DNA from: Octopus bimaculoides
Taxonomy: Eukaryota
Assembly (NCBI RefSeq): GCF_001194135.2
Contig: NC_068982.1
Location: 10,800,385-10,851,626, forward strand
Direction of reading: 5' to 3'
DNA: 51,242 nt
Shown: positions 11,548 to 24,597 of the stretch, piece after piece
Numbering within the stretch: the stretch's first letter is position 1
Layout: each line of letters starts with the position of its first letter
The notes under the pieces: model-generated
What the model was told of the DNA's origin: nothing
The model's input: only the letters and a program-made list of their open reading frames with translations
Database searches by the model: none
Made by a program: the position numbers and the translations under genes

Positions 11548-11905
11548 AACGTCTTCTCATGCAGATGATACCGTCCTGTTCAGCAACTCGATCGACCAGC
11601 TCAAGGGTGCACTGACCATATACAAAGAAGAATCGGCAATGCTTGACTTTCAGGCGAGCTGGGCGAAGACGACTCGGACTTTCCTTCCTCCATATTGGGC
11701 CCTTTGTCGTGGAGCTTGCCAGTTCCTTCATCAATCTAGGCTCCACAGTCACCAAGAATGGAGACCTGACCATGGAGATCAACCGCAGATCAATCCCGCT
11801 TTGGTAAATGCAGAGAAGCTGGCACGGGACCGCCCGTGATGGAGAATACTAGTGGACCTGGTCGGCTCTGAGCATGATGACGTCCTTAGGACCATTAACC
11901 TGGGA
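11548..11905 (+). mobile_element. RTE-like LINE fragment, RT C-half joined by deletion to the C-terminus
   Basis: HADDTVLFSNSIDQL..SWAKT, frameshift, VELASSFINLGSTVTKNGDLTMEINRR, then KLARDRP*WRILV. Confidence 0.75.
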
Positions 11906-12149
11906 TGATCCCTGCCTCATCAAGCAAGAGCTTCAAGCGATGTGAGCGAACTGGCAGCTTGTGGTACTGCCATGTTGTAGTGAGCAGACTGTTTACGCTG
12001 GAATCTGAAATTTCAGTATTAGATTTTTACGTCAGCGTTCATATTTCTCTTTGCAACCGTTATACGTTGCCTGCTCTTTATTTTATAGTTTTGCTCGCCA
12101 TGAGAATATTTCCAAAAGTTGCCTGTTTTGTGGTAAACTATAAACAGTT

Positions 12150-12355
12150 GGTCTCATTCAATACGTTAAACTTAATATGGAAATCATTAATACTAAGCAA
12201 GAAGACCAAAATACGATTTTACAAAATCAACATATTTACAATCTTCCTCCAAGGATCCGAATGTTGGAAAACAACCGAAAGTATTGAAAAGAAATTGGAG
12301 GTGTTTCAAACTTAAATGTTTACGAAAAAGTTTGAAGGTCTACTGGTCGAGATCA
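12150..12355 (+). mobile_element. RTE-like LINE fragment (post-RT region)
   Basis: LNLIWKSLILSKKTKIRFYK..IFLQGSECWKTTESIEKKLEVFQT*(CL)RK..KVYW matches the RTE IWKS..TK..LLYG.E.W...L.VF..KCLR pattern. Confidence 0.75.
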
Positions 12356-12792
12356 TATTCGGCCAGTAGACCTTCAAATTAGTTACCAGACAGATACGAC
12401 ATAAGATTATCTAATGAATTCCTACAAATAAGAAACTGATAGACTTGGCAAATTTTCCAAACTTTTAACACATGTGTTCTAGTTAAAAAAACTATGAACT
12501 TCAGCTTGGATAGCTTTTACACGCATCACATAATAAAATCTGCTATATCAACACACATCGCTAAAGAGTTTCTATAGAATAAAACAGTTAGTTTACACAA
12601 TTAAGGTTCTTTTACGATATCTACAAGTTATTCTATATACTCCAACGTCTGATATTTATTCCAAGCATCTCAGTTAGACCCATTGTTAAGATACAGACGA
12701 TAAACACAAATGCTAATTTTCAAGCGATGTCAACGTTCTCGTTGGATTACGTGTCTGTTTCTCTTTTTGTCATCTGTAATTTTATTTTTGAT

Positions 12793-12832
<40 letters not shown>

Positions 12833-14764
12833 GATTTTTACTCCGTCTGGCTGTTTATTCTCTCAACATAACGGAAAGTTACATTGTAGAACAGTCATTT
12901 TAACACGAGTNNNNNNNNNNNNNNNNNNNNNNNNNNNNNNNNNNNNNNNNNNNNNNNNNNNNNNNNNNNNNNNNNNNNNNNNNNNNNNNNNNNNNNNNNN
13001 NNNNNNNNNNNNNNNNNNNNNNNNNNNNNNNNNNNNNNNNNNNNNNNNNNNNNNNNNNNNNNNNNNNNNNNNNNNNNNNNNNNNNNNNNNNNNNNNNNNN
13101 NNNNNNNNNNNNNNNNNNNNNNNNNNNNNNNNNNNNNNNNNNNNNNNNNNNNNNNNNNNNNNNNNNNNNNNNNNNNNNNNNNNNNNNNNNNNNNNNNNNN
13201 NNNNNNNNNNNNNNNNNNNNNNNNNNNNNNNNNNNNNNNNNNNNNNNNNNNNNNNNNNNNNNNNNNNNNNNNNNNNNNNNNNNNNNNNNNNNNNNNNNNN
13301 NNNNNNNNNNNNNNNNNTACATACATACATACATACATACGTACGTGGACAGATACGCACTCACGTCACAGTGAAGCACCCAATCAGCGACCACGTCGAA
13401 CTTCTGAAGCACGTGGCTGTGTCCGCTTCAGCGTTTCTCCCTCTGTCTCTGTCTCCTTTTGTATCTCTGTACACAGACATAGATACACACAAATATACAT
13501 AAATACAATTGTGTGTGTATCTTTGAATACATATATATGTGTGTATTGTATGAGCATAATATCAAAGAAACACTTCCATCCAACCACATCAAAAACAAAC
13601 TTTTCCTTTTATTGTAAAGCCTCTAATGTTTAATCCTCATTCACCTGATTACATTATGCATTTTCCTCTGTTCTTCTACCCACGTTTAACAATTAGCTCT
13701 AAAAGACCAAATCAATATATTTTCTACTTGCTTTCTGTCTTTTTGTTTGCTTTTTGTTATCTAGTAGCATCAAGAAATATTCAAATATATTCGAGTACAA
13801 TCAGTTGTCCTTCTGCCAGTTTGAGAAGATGCCAAAAACCATAGAAAAGTAAAGAAATACAGTTCTCATACAATTAGCACTATTATATATTTTTTCCTTA
13901 ATGAGATATTCTTGGCCTAAATTCAAACGGGGGATCTTTCACTCAATTTCTGGAAGAGAGATTCGGTGCTAGGAGGAATTTATTCCAACTTTATAAAGCA
14001 ATTTTTTCTGTCATCTTGCCTTATGTTTTTTTAGCTCCAAAATAGTCTTTGAACAAAATAACTTCCCATCATAGTACATTTACATTCTCAGTAGAATATA
14101 TTTAATTTTAATCCGTTAATATATATAACAAGTGTGCATATACATTTTACGCAGTCCCGTTGTATATAGATTATACTTATGTAACTGTAATCTCATCATT
14201 TGATTAAATGAAGAGGTTTTAATAAAACTGGTGCTGCTACTATTAATTACAAATAATGATTTATAAATCTGCAGCAAATTATTAACAAATTTCGCAATAT
14301 TCAATTTTATAGCATACATTCCCTATTTCTGATTCAATAAAAGGCAAACAGACGGTTCGAAAGCAAAACAATTTATTTCAATTGTTTTCAAAATGTAATT
14401 ATTAAAGTGTTTATTGCTCTATAATTTTAAAAAGAATAATGTATTAACTAACCTGGCAATTTGCCAGCATTCGATTTTGTATTATTTTTATCTTGATAGC
14501 TATATATTTTGAGGAGAAATTTTAAAATCAGGATGTACATAAATTATCCAGCAGTAGGCGTAAGTGAAAAGGCTTCTATCAAGAATTAAAAGTGTGCGGA
14601 ATATCCAAATTACCGGTGACTGGCATTTTGGTAACCATTGCATAATAGATATAAAATCTAAAAATTATAATTTTAAAGTTTCTTCTACAAACTGTAATAT
14701 TCTCCTTGAACTGTAATATTTTACTTTTCTATCTGAGGACGGCCTGTCTCTAAGTATGAAATAT

Positions 14765-14915
14765 TGATTTTAAATTTTATCACAAGGCCAGCAATTTGGA
14801 TGCTGGTGCCCAGATGCTACTTATTTTATCGACCACGAAAGGATGAAAGCAAGGTCGACCTCAGCGGAATTTGAGTTCAAAACGTAAAAACAGACGAAAG
14901 GCCACTAAGCATTCT
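14765..14915 (-). mobile_element. SINE family B, truncated
   Basis: ttttatcgaccacgaaaggatgaaagcaaggtcgacctcagcggaatttgag. Confidence 0.85.
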
Positions 14916-15257
14916 TTAACGATGAACTTCGATAAACCAAAAGCAATATAATGCTGCATTGCATTGACAAATAGTAACAGAAATAGTTTGAGTACTAGAA
15001 TAAATCTTTAGATTAACATTTTGGATAAAAACTTTATTGGAAAGAGATATAGTATCTACTTGTGATGCAGAATATATAATTTGGCTGTTTAAAAGATGAG
15101 GGAAAACTATTGCAAAATGGAAAATAAGGAAAGGTAGTTGAAAAGAATTTGCAAATACTAATAGCGAAATAATGGTTAGATCGCAGAGAATATAAAAGGA
15201 ACGCAAGCAGATTTGAAAACTGTGTACGGAATAATGCAGCGAGAAGAAAATATCATA

Positions 15258-15478
15258 CAGTAATCCGTCGATTATCGTTGGTGTCACGTTCCAAAAGCCC
15301 ACCGCGATAGGTGAAAATCCGCGAAGTAGAAACAGTACTGTACTGCATATTTTTTTTTTGTTTTTATAATTTGTTTATATTTATTTTATTATAAATGCAA
15401 AATAACACCACGGAGGAATCGACGTAAGCTTAAATAATAAACCGCGATATGTGACCGCGATATGGCAAGGGATTACTG
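15258..15478. mobile_element. Pogo/Tigger-type MITE, 221 bp
   Basis: TA-CAGTAATCC...GGATTACTG-TA; imperfect TIR about 25 bp; TA duplication. Confidence 0.8.
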
Positions 15479-15854
15479 TATACACATACAGTGTAAACAA
15501 GCACGTGCGTCTGTGTGTGTGTGCCTGCGTGTATGTGTGTGTGTATGTGTATTTGTGTATGTGTATCAATATGTGTATATCATTCTATATACAGCTTTTA
15601 TGTTAACATTACTTGTGTGAATGTTCTGATAAAGGCACATTATGTACATATTTCTACAGATAGAGATTGATACAGTTTCCCTTTCCGGTCTCTTCTTTCA
15701 TCAAAGCCGATTCCAATTTCCCGACTTAATAAATACCTGACTCATCCACTCTTTACCCAAATTTGTTTCCATTGCCGTAATTTATTCTTCTAAAATGTCC
15801 CTTAGTAATTCTCGAATATTTGCACCCAATAATAATAATGACGTCAAATGTCAG

Positions 15855-16040
15855 CACATGGCCTGCAAGTTCCGTGGTTGAGACGATTACATCGACCCTG
15901 TGTTCATCTGGTAATTATTGTACCAACTCCGAGAGGATGAAAGGAAAAGCCTACCTCGGTGGAATTTGAACTCAGAACGTTAAGATGGACTATTTAGCAT
16001 TTTTCTCCGGCGTGCTAACGATTCTGCTAGCTCTTTGCCT
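15855..16040 (-). mobile_element. SINE family B
   Basis: Reverse complement of family B, diverged. Confidence 0.85.
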
Positions 16041-16046
16041 CCAATA

Positions 16047-16263
16047 ATAATCCTTCCTACTATAGGCACAAGGTCTGTAAGTTGGGGGAGGGGGCCAATC
16101 GGTTAGATCGATCCCAGTACGCAACTGGTACTTAATTCATCGACCCCGAAAGGATGAAAATCAAAGTCGACCTCGGCGGAATTTGAACTCAGAACGAAAA
16201 GACAGACGAAATACCACTAAGTATTTCGTCCAGTGTGCTAACGATTTTTCCAGCTCGTCGCCT
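16047..16263 (-). mobile_element. SINE family B, full length
   Basis: Reverse complement of family B; ccaataataat on both sides. Confidence 0.9.
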
Positions 16264-17374
16264 TCTTGTATCCAATAATAATAATGTTGAATGTCACCGT
16301 TATCTGAGCTTTAAATTTTTATTGGGTTGTTATTTTGGTGCATTTTAATATTTTGAAGATTATCATCTTTTGTTCTCGAATTTTGTTTCTACTTGGCTAA
16401 GCTGACCTTTATTTCGTCATTAAAGGTTACTGACCTTTACCTACATCTGCATTAAAACACGATCTTTAGTTTATGCTTCAGTAACATCTTTTGTGTTTTA
16501 AGATATAATGATAAAATTATTTTATTAAACAATGCATTTATCACAGTATCACAATATCGACCAGACCAGCAGATGCTTTCATACGCCGCTGCTCACAATG
16601 CGCTTCCAATTCTGTCTTTCTTACGCCATTCTTTTCCATTTCGACCCAAATTGCTCAACTAGATCGTCTTCCCATTGTCATGGACTCCTTCAAGTGGCCT
16701 TTTCCGATCTCTTTTATAACAGTCTACAATTGCACGTTTGCACCTATTATCTGTGAATCTTACAACACATCCGGCCCAGCGTAACTTTGCCACATTTTAT
16801 ATAAGTGTGTATATCTTATTGTATCATTTTAGATTATTCTGCCTCTCCTCTATAATAAAATTTACATGGTATTATACAATGGCTTGCCATACTCTCGATG
16901 TCAATACGTTTATTGCAAAAATGATATTCTCCAACTAAAGGATTATTACTTTCGATTTTGATATATAAACTTTGTAACTATTTTTGGCTTAAGAGGTATT
17001 TTTGCCTTTACAGTCACTTACAAAGTAGAATTATATATGTATGAATACTTATAGACGATATAGTAAATCAAACAGCACAAATATATATCCGCATTTTAGA
17101 AGTATTTATAGAGCTAATATATTTAGTAACTTTCAAATCTATTCCAATCTTTTTCGAAAGTAAATAAAGAACCTGCGCTTCTACAGAAGTAATTCGTTCC
17201 TGAAACATTTGTGATAAGGCACAATTGATTTTCTCATTGATTTTCAAGTTATTAAAGTGATAATGATTTCCGTTGGATCTTTTTCCGAAGAAAAGAGCAA
17301 CAACAACAAAAACAAAATAATACGACTAATGTTATGCATGAAAATAACAATTTCTAAATATATACTGTTTTTTT

Positions 17375-17640
17375 TTTCCTGCTACGACTTCATCACTTCT
17401 GATAGAGGAACCAATCGCTGGACTCCTTCTGCCAGTGGTGGCCATGTAGTCCTCAAGTGGGATCCTCTCTCAGTCTTGTTTTTGGTTGGACTCTTCATCT
17501 TGTCCATCATTTTGGTGCCCATTCTATCACCCTGATTGTCCGTCGTTTTTCCTAAAGTCGCGCGATGTAGCCAACCCATCTATAATTGTTTTTCTCGATA
17601 GTTCATATGATGTCTTTGACTATCGCGCGCTCTGGTGCCC
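17375..17640 (-). mobile_element. RTE-like LINE 3' fragment
   Basis: Minus strand VKDII*TIEKNNYRWVGYIARL*EKRRTIRVIEWAPK*WTR*RVQPKTR matches the RTE RWAGHIAR..VTEW.P..R.RGRPK.RW tail. Confidence 0.72.
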
Positions 17641-18264
17641 AGGCGTGAGTTTTCTTGTCCCGCATGCTGATGCCTAGCATGATTCGTTCTATTTTCCGTT
17701 GGGTTACCGTTTGCAGTCGTTTGCAGTTATTAACTGTTTGAAAGTTCTTCTCAGATAACATGCTTCAAAATTACATATTACACTATGTTTCATTGACTTG
17801 AGCAAAGAAGTTGTATTCTTGGAGGTATATTTTGTACTTTCCCCTTATCAGAAAGCTCAGTTAAGTTCACTGGACGGTTTGTGCATCGGACACAGATTTG
17901 TCCTAAATATTATGCCCAGCATTATACTTCTAAAGTAACATTATATAAGCCCCAAATAACTGCTAAATGTTTTAATGTGTAATCTTAAAACAGCAGTGTA
18001 AAGAAGGAGATGCACTAATATACATAATTGTATTCCTTTCCATTCTCAGGAAGCCCTAAATCTGTTGCAGCCGATAGATTAATAACTTATGAAATGAATT
18101 TAATATGCTATTCTTTTCTTTGCAAACGCATGATGTTCTTCCTGTACAATAAATCGATTTAAAAGAAAGCTGAATAGTTACAAATATAGACGATTTCCTT
18201 TAAACAGTTAGCGTCCAAATATACACCATTTTAGCATAAGTTCAGAGATTTCGTGGAAGAGGAA

Positions 18265-18423
18265 AAGTCGACTATGTTGAGCCCAGTAATCAATTGGTAC
18301 TTATTTTATAGACCCCGAAAAGATGAAAAGCAAAGTTTACATCGGCGAGATTTGAACTCAGAACGTCAAGACGGACGAAATGCCGCTAAGCATTCTGCCC
18401 GACGTGCTAACGATTCGGCTAGC
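18265..18423 (-). mobile_element. SINE family B, truncated
   Basis: gaccccgaaaagatgaaaagc...gaactcagaacgtcaagacggacgaaatgccgctaagc. Confidence 0.88.
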
Positions 18424-18811
18424 ATAACGACTTCTAAAAAGCAAATTGTTGAATATTGATTAGTTTTTGTCTAGACACAAGCGAAGGAAGTGTATGGTTG
18501 GGATTATCTTCGAGGATGTTAGCATGTAATTAAGCGATTACTCTGTGACTCGCCTTAGGATATACGGCACTTACCGTAAACATTGTATAATACAGATGTT
18601 ACAGGCTAACTTTAAATACCATTTTTTCTTACGGCATCGGATCTTTTCTTTTTGCTCTATACTATAGAATATTTTACAATCAAAATATTTCTGTACAATT
18701 AATAATGCTCAGAGAAAATGTTCAAAAATAAATTTTCTTTCACAGTAATTTGTGGAAAAACAAAAAATGATTCTTCAAATTCCTCACCATATTCTTAATA
18801 ATGATAAAATA

Positions 18812-19196
18812 ATCTGCACTCCGTCGGTTACGACGACGAGGGTTGCAGTTGATCCGATCAACGGAACAGCCTGCTCGTGAAATTAACGTGCAAGTGGCTG
18901 AGCACTCCACAGACACGTGTATCCTTAACGTAGTCCTCGGGGGAAATTCAGCGTGACACAGAGTGTGACAAGGCTGGCCCCTTTGAAATACAGGTACAAT
19001 AGGAACAGGAAGAAATGGTGAGAGAAAGTTGTGGTGAAAGAATACAGCAGGGTTCACCACCACCCGCTGCCGGAGCCTCGTGGAGCTTTAGGTGTTTTCG
19101 CTCAATAAACATTCACAACGCCTTGTCTGGGAATTGAAACCGCGATCGCATGACCGCCAGTCCGCTGCCCTTACCACTGGGCTATTGCGCATCCAC
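18812..19196 (-). mobile_element. SINE family C, full length, 12-bp TSD
   Basis: tRNA-like head (TAGCCCAGTGG, GTTTCAATTCC) at right end; flanks aatgataaaata/aacgataaaata; copies at 43381 and 49613. Confidence 0.9.
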
Positions 19197-19461
19197 AACG
19201 ATAAAATAAAACACTATTTATCAAACAGACGTGGGACGTGGCAGCTAACTTTCCTGGAGGTAGGTTGTTTGTTTGCTATCACTGATGCCGCAATCCACCC
19301 GGAATGAGAAATCACAGGTGTAAGAATTATTCTTACAGTAACAGTGACAAGGTTAATATTAGCTTGCAGTGAAAGATTCAAATCCTCTTCATATGAGGTT
19401 GGCTTATCTAGGAAACTTTACCTTTGATAATAGGCATAGGGGAAGGCATGACAATGACATC

Positions 19462-19730
19462 AGAAGCTTGCTTCCCAACAACGTGGTTCCGGGTTCAGTC
19501 CCATTGCGTGTCATCTTGAACTTCTACTACAGCTTCGTGGGTAGTAAAAGTCTTGTGAGTGGATCTCATAGATACAAACTGAAAGAAGCCCGTCGTAGTG
19601 GCTGTGTGGTAAAAAGCTTCCATCCCAACTACCTGGTTCCGGGTTCAGTCCCACTGCGTGGCACCCTGAACAAGTATCTTTTACTATAGCCTCGGGCCTT
19701 GTGAGAAGATTTGGTAGACGGAAACTGAAA
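19462..19730 (+). mobile_element. Two tandem SINE family A head/core copies (19462-19596, 19597-19730)
   Basis: Both carry ggttccgggttcagtccca..gcgtg..gaaactgaaa. Confidence 0.88.
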
Positions 19731-19732
19731 AT

Positions 19733-20291
19733 ACCCCGAAAGGATGAAAGGCAAAATTTACCTCGGCAGAATTTGAACTCCGAACGTTAAGACAGACGAA
19801 ATACCGCTAAGCATTTCGACCGGCGTACTAACGTTTCTGCCACCTTGCCGCCTTAAGAACAGTTAAATATTCTTTTCTACTGTAAGCACAAGGCCCGAAA
19901 TTTGGTGGAGAGGAGGCCAATCGACGCCAGTATGCAACTGGTACTTAATTTATCGACCCTGAAAGGATGAAAGACAAAGTCGACCTCGGCGGAGTTTGAA
20001 CTCAGAACATAAAGACAGACGAAATATCGCTAAGCATTTCACCCAGCGTGCTAACGTTTCTTATTTTTTTATTGCCCACAAGGGGCTAACCATAGGACGG
20101 ACAAGGGCAGTCAAAGTGATTAAGTCGATTACATCGACCCCAGTGCGCAATTGGCACTTAATTTATCGACCCCGAAAGGATGAAAGACAAAGTCAACCTC
20201 GACAGAATTTGAACTCAGAAAGTAGCGGCAGACGAAATACCGCTAAGCATTTTGCTAGGCGTGCTAACGTTTCTGCCAGCCCACCGCCTTC
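19733..20291 (-). mobile_element. Three consecutive SINE family B copies (19733-19854, 19866-20060, 20062-20291)
   Basis: Each has gaccccgaaaggatgaaag..gaactc..gctaagcattt; the third has a different 3' tail (ttattgcccacaaggggctaa). Confidence 0.9.
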
Positions 20292-20882
20292 TAACTTGCA
20301 TAGTACTGTGTTATAAATTCGTTCGCTCATTAGAGTGCTGACACAGCATAACTGAACAAAAACTTGATGACAACGAAATGGATGAATTAAATAACACAAA
20401 ATATAAGATCATAGTTGCTGACATAGGTAATATATAGAACTAAGTATAATTAAAATAAATCATTAATACAATGTGTGTAAAAGGCTGGTGAGTGGGTCAG
20501 ATAATGGCATTATGTCCAGACATCTGGATATCATATTCATCAAATACCTTTTTAAGAAATTAATGAGCAATAATAAAATATAATTACATCAGCTGAAATG
20601 TATATTCACTATAATTGACGAGATGCTTTGCTTGGACATTTGTGTGTGTATGTGTGTATAATTCTATAACGGCCTTTCGATATAAATCCGATGATGACTG
20701 ACAGTATATTAAACAAAAGTCACTTAATCAATTGCAGGCATTCGTCAAATTTAATGAAAATTTATTAATTGAAATTATTATGAAATTTCAAGTGAGCAAC
20801 GCAGTGATTTGCGATATCGCCCGAACATGTTTACCTTGTTCTAGATCTATTCAGTGACTTGTATATTTACCAGTTCTGTCAG

Positions 20883-21175
20883 CAATGGCGGATTGGCCAC
20901 GTTGCCAGCTTATCCGATGGCAGGTGGGCACCTGCACCATTAGAATTCATATATGGGGGTCCATGCTAGTATCTGAGGGGCACATCCTCTCAAGTTTGAG
21001 AATTTTCTATTCACTCCTGGAAGAATGAATTAATTATATTCAGCCTGGCTGTGTTTGTAGACATTTGAAAAGAATACATTTAACAAAAAAAAATAATTTA
21101 ATGATTGCATTGTAGTTTTGGGTGGGGCCCCTTAGTCTCCTGGCAACCAATATTTTTAGATCCAGTCCGTCATTG
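20883..21175. mobile_element. hAT-type MITE, 293 bp
   Basis: 14-bp TIR caatggcggattgg / ccagtccgtcattg (2 mismatches); 8-bp TSD tctgtcag/tctctcag. Confidence 0.72.
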
Positions 21176-21743
21176 TCTCTCAGATAAAGGTGAAAACATT
21201 CGTGCTACACGCAATATCATCCGACATTTTTTAACACCTTTTACATTCTGAATTGAAGTAGTATTTTGATTTTCCGTCCTAAATATATATATCTTTTTCA
21301 AGATCAGTTTGTCGCTGCAAAAAGCATANNNNNNNNNNNNNNNNNNNNNNNNNNNNNNNNNNNNNNNNNNNNNNNNNNNNNNNNNNNNNNNNNNNNNNNN
21401 NNNNNNNNNNNNNNNNNNNNNNNNNNNNNNNNNNNNNNNNNNNNNNNNNNNNNNNNNNNNNNNNNNNNNNNNNNNNNNNNNNNNNNNNNNNNNNNNNNNN
21501 NNNNNNNNNNNNNNNNNNNNNNNNNNNNNNNNNNNNNNNNNNNNNNNNNNNNNNNNNNNNNNNNNNNNNNNNNNNNNNNNNNNNNNNNNNNNNNNNNNNN
21601 NNNNNNNNNNNNNNNNNNNNNNNNNNNNNNNNNNNNNNNNNNNNNNNNNNNNNNNNNNNNNNNNNNNNNNNNNNNNNNNNNNNNNNNNNNNNNNNNNNNN
21701 NNNNNNNNNNNNNNNNNNNNNNNNNNNNNNNNNNNNNNNNNNN

Positions 21744-21800
<57 letters not shown>
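21744..21800. repeat. (GT)n microsatellite
   Basis: Direct tandem repeat. Confidence 0.95.
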
Positions 21801-21803
<3 letters not shown>

Positions 21804-22967
21804 ACTGTTAATGTAATTAGATCAATAAAAGCACCACTAGACAAATTTCCCGCGCTGTAATGAACGACATATCAAGTGCAAACCAATTAATGTCCCGAGA
21901 ATGTTGCTGCCGACTCAATTACGTTAATGCATGTCTGTAAATACAGATATGGTCATATAGGTATTAAATAAATATTTTCATTCATTTCTGCGCCGGTATT
22001 AATTCCTATGCATAACAATCTTACTCCTCCTTGATATCTCATTGAGAATACTCTCAATATTTGCCATCATCTTAAGAGAAATGCTGCTAGGCAGTGATTT
22101 CCATATTTGAATCATGAGTCCAGTGTTCCACATTAGTTCGTTATTTTTCTTTAAGTCTAGAGACAGAGAAATCTCAAATATAATAGTGATTGACTTCTAA
22201 AATATAAATTCAGATTAGCTTTATGTACAACAGGGAATAAATATTCATTTGGAATCTGTTTGTCTGTTACATATCTTTATGAAGCTAGTTTTAGTTTCAA
22301 ACAATAGATCGGACAGGTATTTTGTTAACTGTGGAAAAAAAATATATTACGAAAGTATGTTCCAATGTAATAGGTTCTTAGTTCTCATATATTTTGAGAT
22401 TGCATACAAGTCAGAAAAAAAAGCAAAAAATTGACAGTTGTACACACACATTCAAGTCAGAAAAAGAGAAAATGTTTAGCTTTAGCTGTCCAATAAAAGA
22501 CATACTAGAAATGATAAAGAGGCAATAGAAATGTTGATCGTGCCAAACAAGACTTCATTTGAGCATAAAGCACATGAATAAAATAAGTAAGTCATGCTTC
22601 ACTCTCCAGCAGCTACGTGTGATTTGATGTCGTTTTTTTTTCTATCCAGTTATCAAGTGAATTAGCATTTGCTCAAACCAACATATGTATGCAGACCTGT
22701 TCGCCTCTAGTATTTTACGGTTAGTGAAGCAATACTTGTGCTTCAGTAGAAAGAGAAACTACGCATTAATGCTACATGCGTTTCATAACCGCTGTTCCTT
22801 TTCTCAGTTCATGACTATATATATATGTGTGTGTTTGTGTGTGTGCATATATGTATGTTTATATGTATATATGAATATATATATATATATATATGTGTGT
22901 TTGTATGTGTGTGCAAGTCACAATTATTCTTTGGAAGACATAGCGTATGCTATCATACCACAAATAT

Positions 22968-23169
22968 ACTCTTTTACTCTTTTACTTGTTTCTTTTACTC
23001 TTTTACTGCGGCCATGCTGGAGCATGGCTTTTGGTCTAGCAAATCGACCCCAGGACTTATTCTTTGTAAGAATAGTACTTATTCTATCGGTCTCTTTTTG
23101 CCGAACCGCTAAGTTACGGGGGCGTAAACACACCAGCATCGGTTGTCAAGCGATGATGGGGGGACAAAA

Positions 23170-23221
<52 letters not shown>

Positions 23222-23383
23222 GACGGGCTTCTTTCAGTTTCCGTCTACCAAATCCACTCACAAGGCTTTGGTCGGCCCGAGGCTATAGTAGAAGACACTT
23301 GCCCAAAGTGCCACGCAGTGGGACTGAATCCGGAACCATGTGATTGGTAAGCAAGCTACTTACCACACAGCCACTCCTGCACC
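22968..23383 (-). mobile_element. SINE family A, full length with internal (TA)n
   Basis: Head/core 23220-23383, microsatellite, tail 22968-23175. Confidence 0.92.
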
Positions 23384-24111
23384 ATTAAATATGTCAAATA
23401 TTTAATGATATAGTAAAAATAAATGATTTAAAATATAATTCAATGAAGTTATTCTTTTATAAAGAATGTCGTCGCAATTCGCTAAACACTATGGCCTCTT
23501 TGCAGGACTAGAATATTTTTCAGTTATTATAATTAAAACATATAAAATTTAATTACACAAAATAATGTAAAAAAAACTGAAACCATATTGAAACGCCTCA
23601 GTATTTTGTACATAGCATCTTGATTAGAATCTTCGATGTGTACAGTACAGTATAGGTTATACAACGTGTGTATTGAATCTGAGATGAGTAGTCTCCTTAG
23701 TCTGTCCCTTGATCTGGTGCTTTCGTTTATATGTGTCTTATCCACAGCCAAATTCTACACCAACAATGAAAAATTTAGTATCTTCAAAATTTTAGCAAAT
23801 TCACTCGAAAATATGTCACAAGCAGATAATTTGTGCTTTTAATATATAAATCAATTGCAAATTATCTCTCGCTTCGGCATATCTCGTGATAATTCGTTTT
23901 AGTAACTGTCTAAATGTGGGGTTCAATATTATAAATTGAAAAATAATAATGATGGTTTGGCTTTGTGATAAGAAGCTTACTTCCCAACCTCATGATTCTG
24001 TTTTCACTCCTGCGTAGCACTTTGGACAAGCGCATCTTCTGCTTCTTGCCTCGGGCTGATTAAAGCCTTGTGAGAAGACTTGATAGACGGAAACTGAAAG
24101 AAGCCCGGGTC

Positions 24112-24597
24112 TGTGTGTATCATGTAAGACTAGAGATGGGAGCAATGACCTCCCTCGCAAATACTAATCGGACACTGACTGTGTGTCGTTGTCCAGTCTT
24201 TCTGGGGATAAAAACAACAGTAACACCGTCCTGTATAGGACCGCCACATTTAGTTGGCAAATATATTTTACGATTCTGAACTGTTACTGTTTATTTCTCG
24301 CTCAGGGATTTCTCAGCGTCAGTTTGCCGCTAGAAAAGGCATATAGTATTTTGCGAGTAGAATGAGTTGTTTATCACTAGCCAGTGATTAACACACACTG
24401 AGGACGGGTAACCAACCAGAAATCAGGGACTGTGTGCATCACGTAAGGCTAGAGATTGGAGCGATGACCTCCCTCAGAAATACTAATCGGACACAAACTA
24501 TGTCGTTGGCCAGCTGGAAGAGATACCTTGCTCGGGCTATAAAAAACAGTAACACAACCCTCGTGGGACCGCCACATTTAGTTGGCAAATATACTTT
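24112..24597 (+). repeat. 1.5 copies of a 319-nt unit (direct repeats 24112-24268 and 24431-24597), retrozyme-like
   Basis: Both repeats start tgtgtg(t/c)atca and end ggaccgccacatttagttggcaaatata; a hammerhead-like motif spans the junction. Confidence 0.7.
24392..24436 (+). ncRNA. Decayed hammerhead ribozyme motif at the unit junction
   Basis: CACACA-CTGAGGA-CGGGtaaccaaCCA-GAAA-TCAGGGAC-TGTGTG; perfect 6-bp stem I; first repeat is preceded by CCCGGGTC. Confidence 0.55.

Noticed and set aside
11548-12355. The two RTE fragments as one rearranged element
   Set aside because: Protein regions are roughly complementary, but base composition differs strongly (GC-rich versus AT-rich), suggesting different families
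24112-24597. TRIM or LTR pair interpretation of the direct repeats
   Set aside because: No adjacent PBS or PPT, and the boundary coincides with a hammerhead cleavage position
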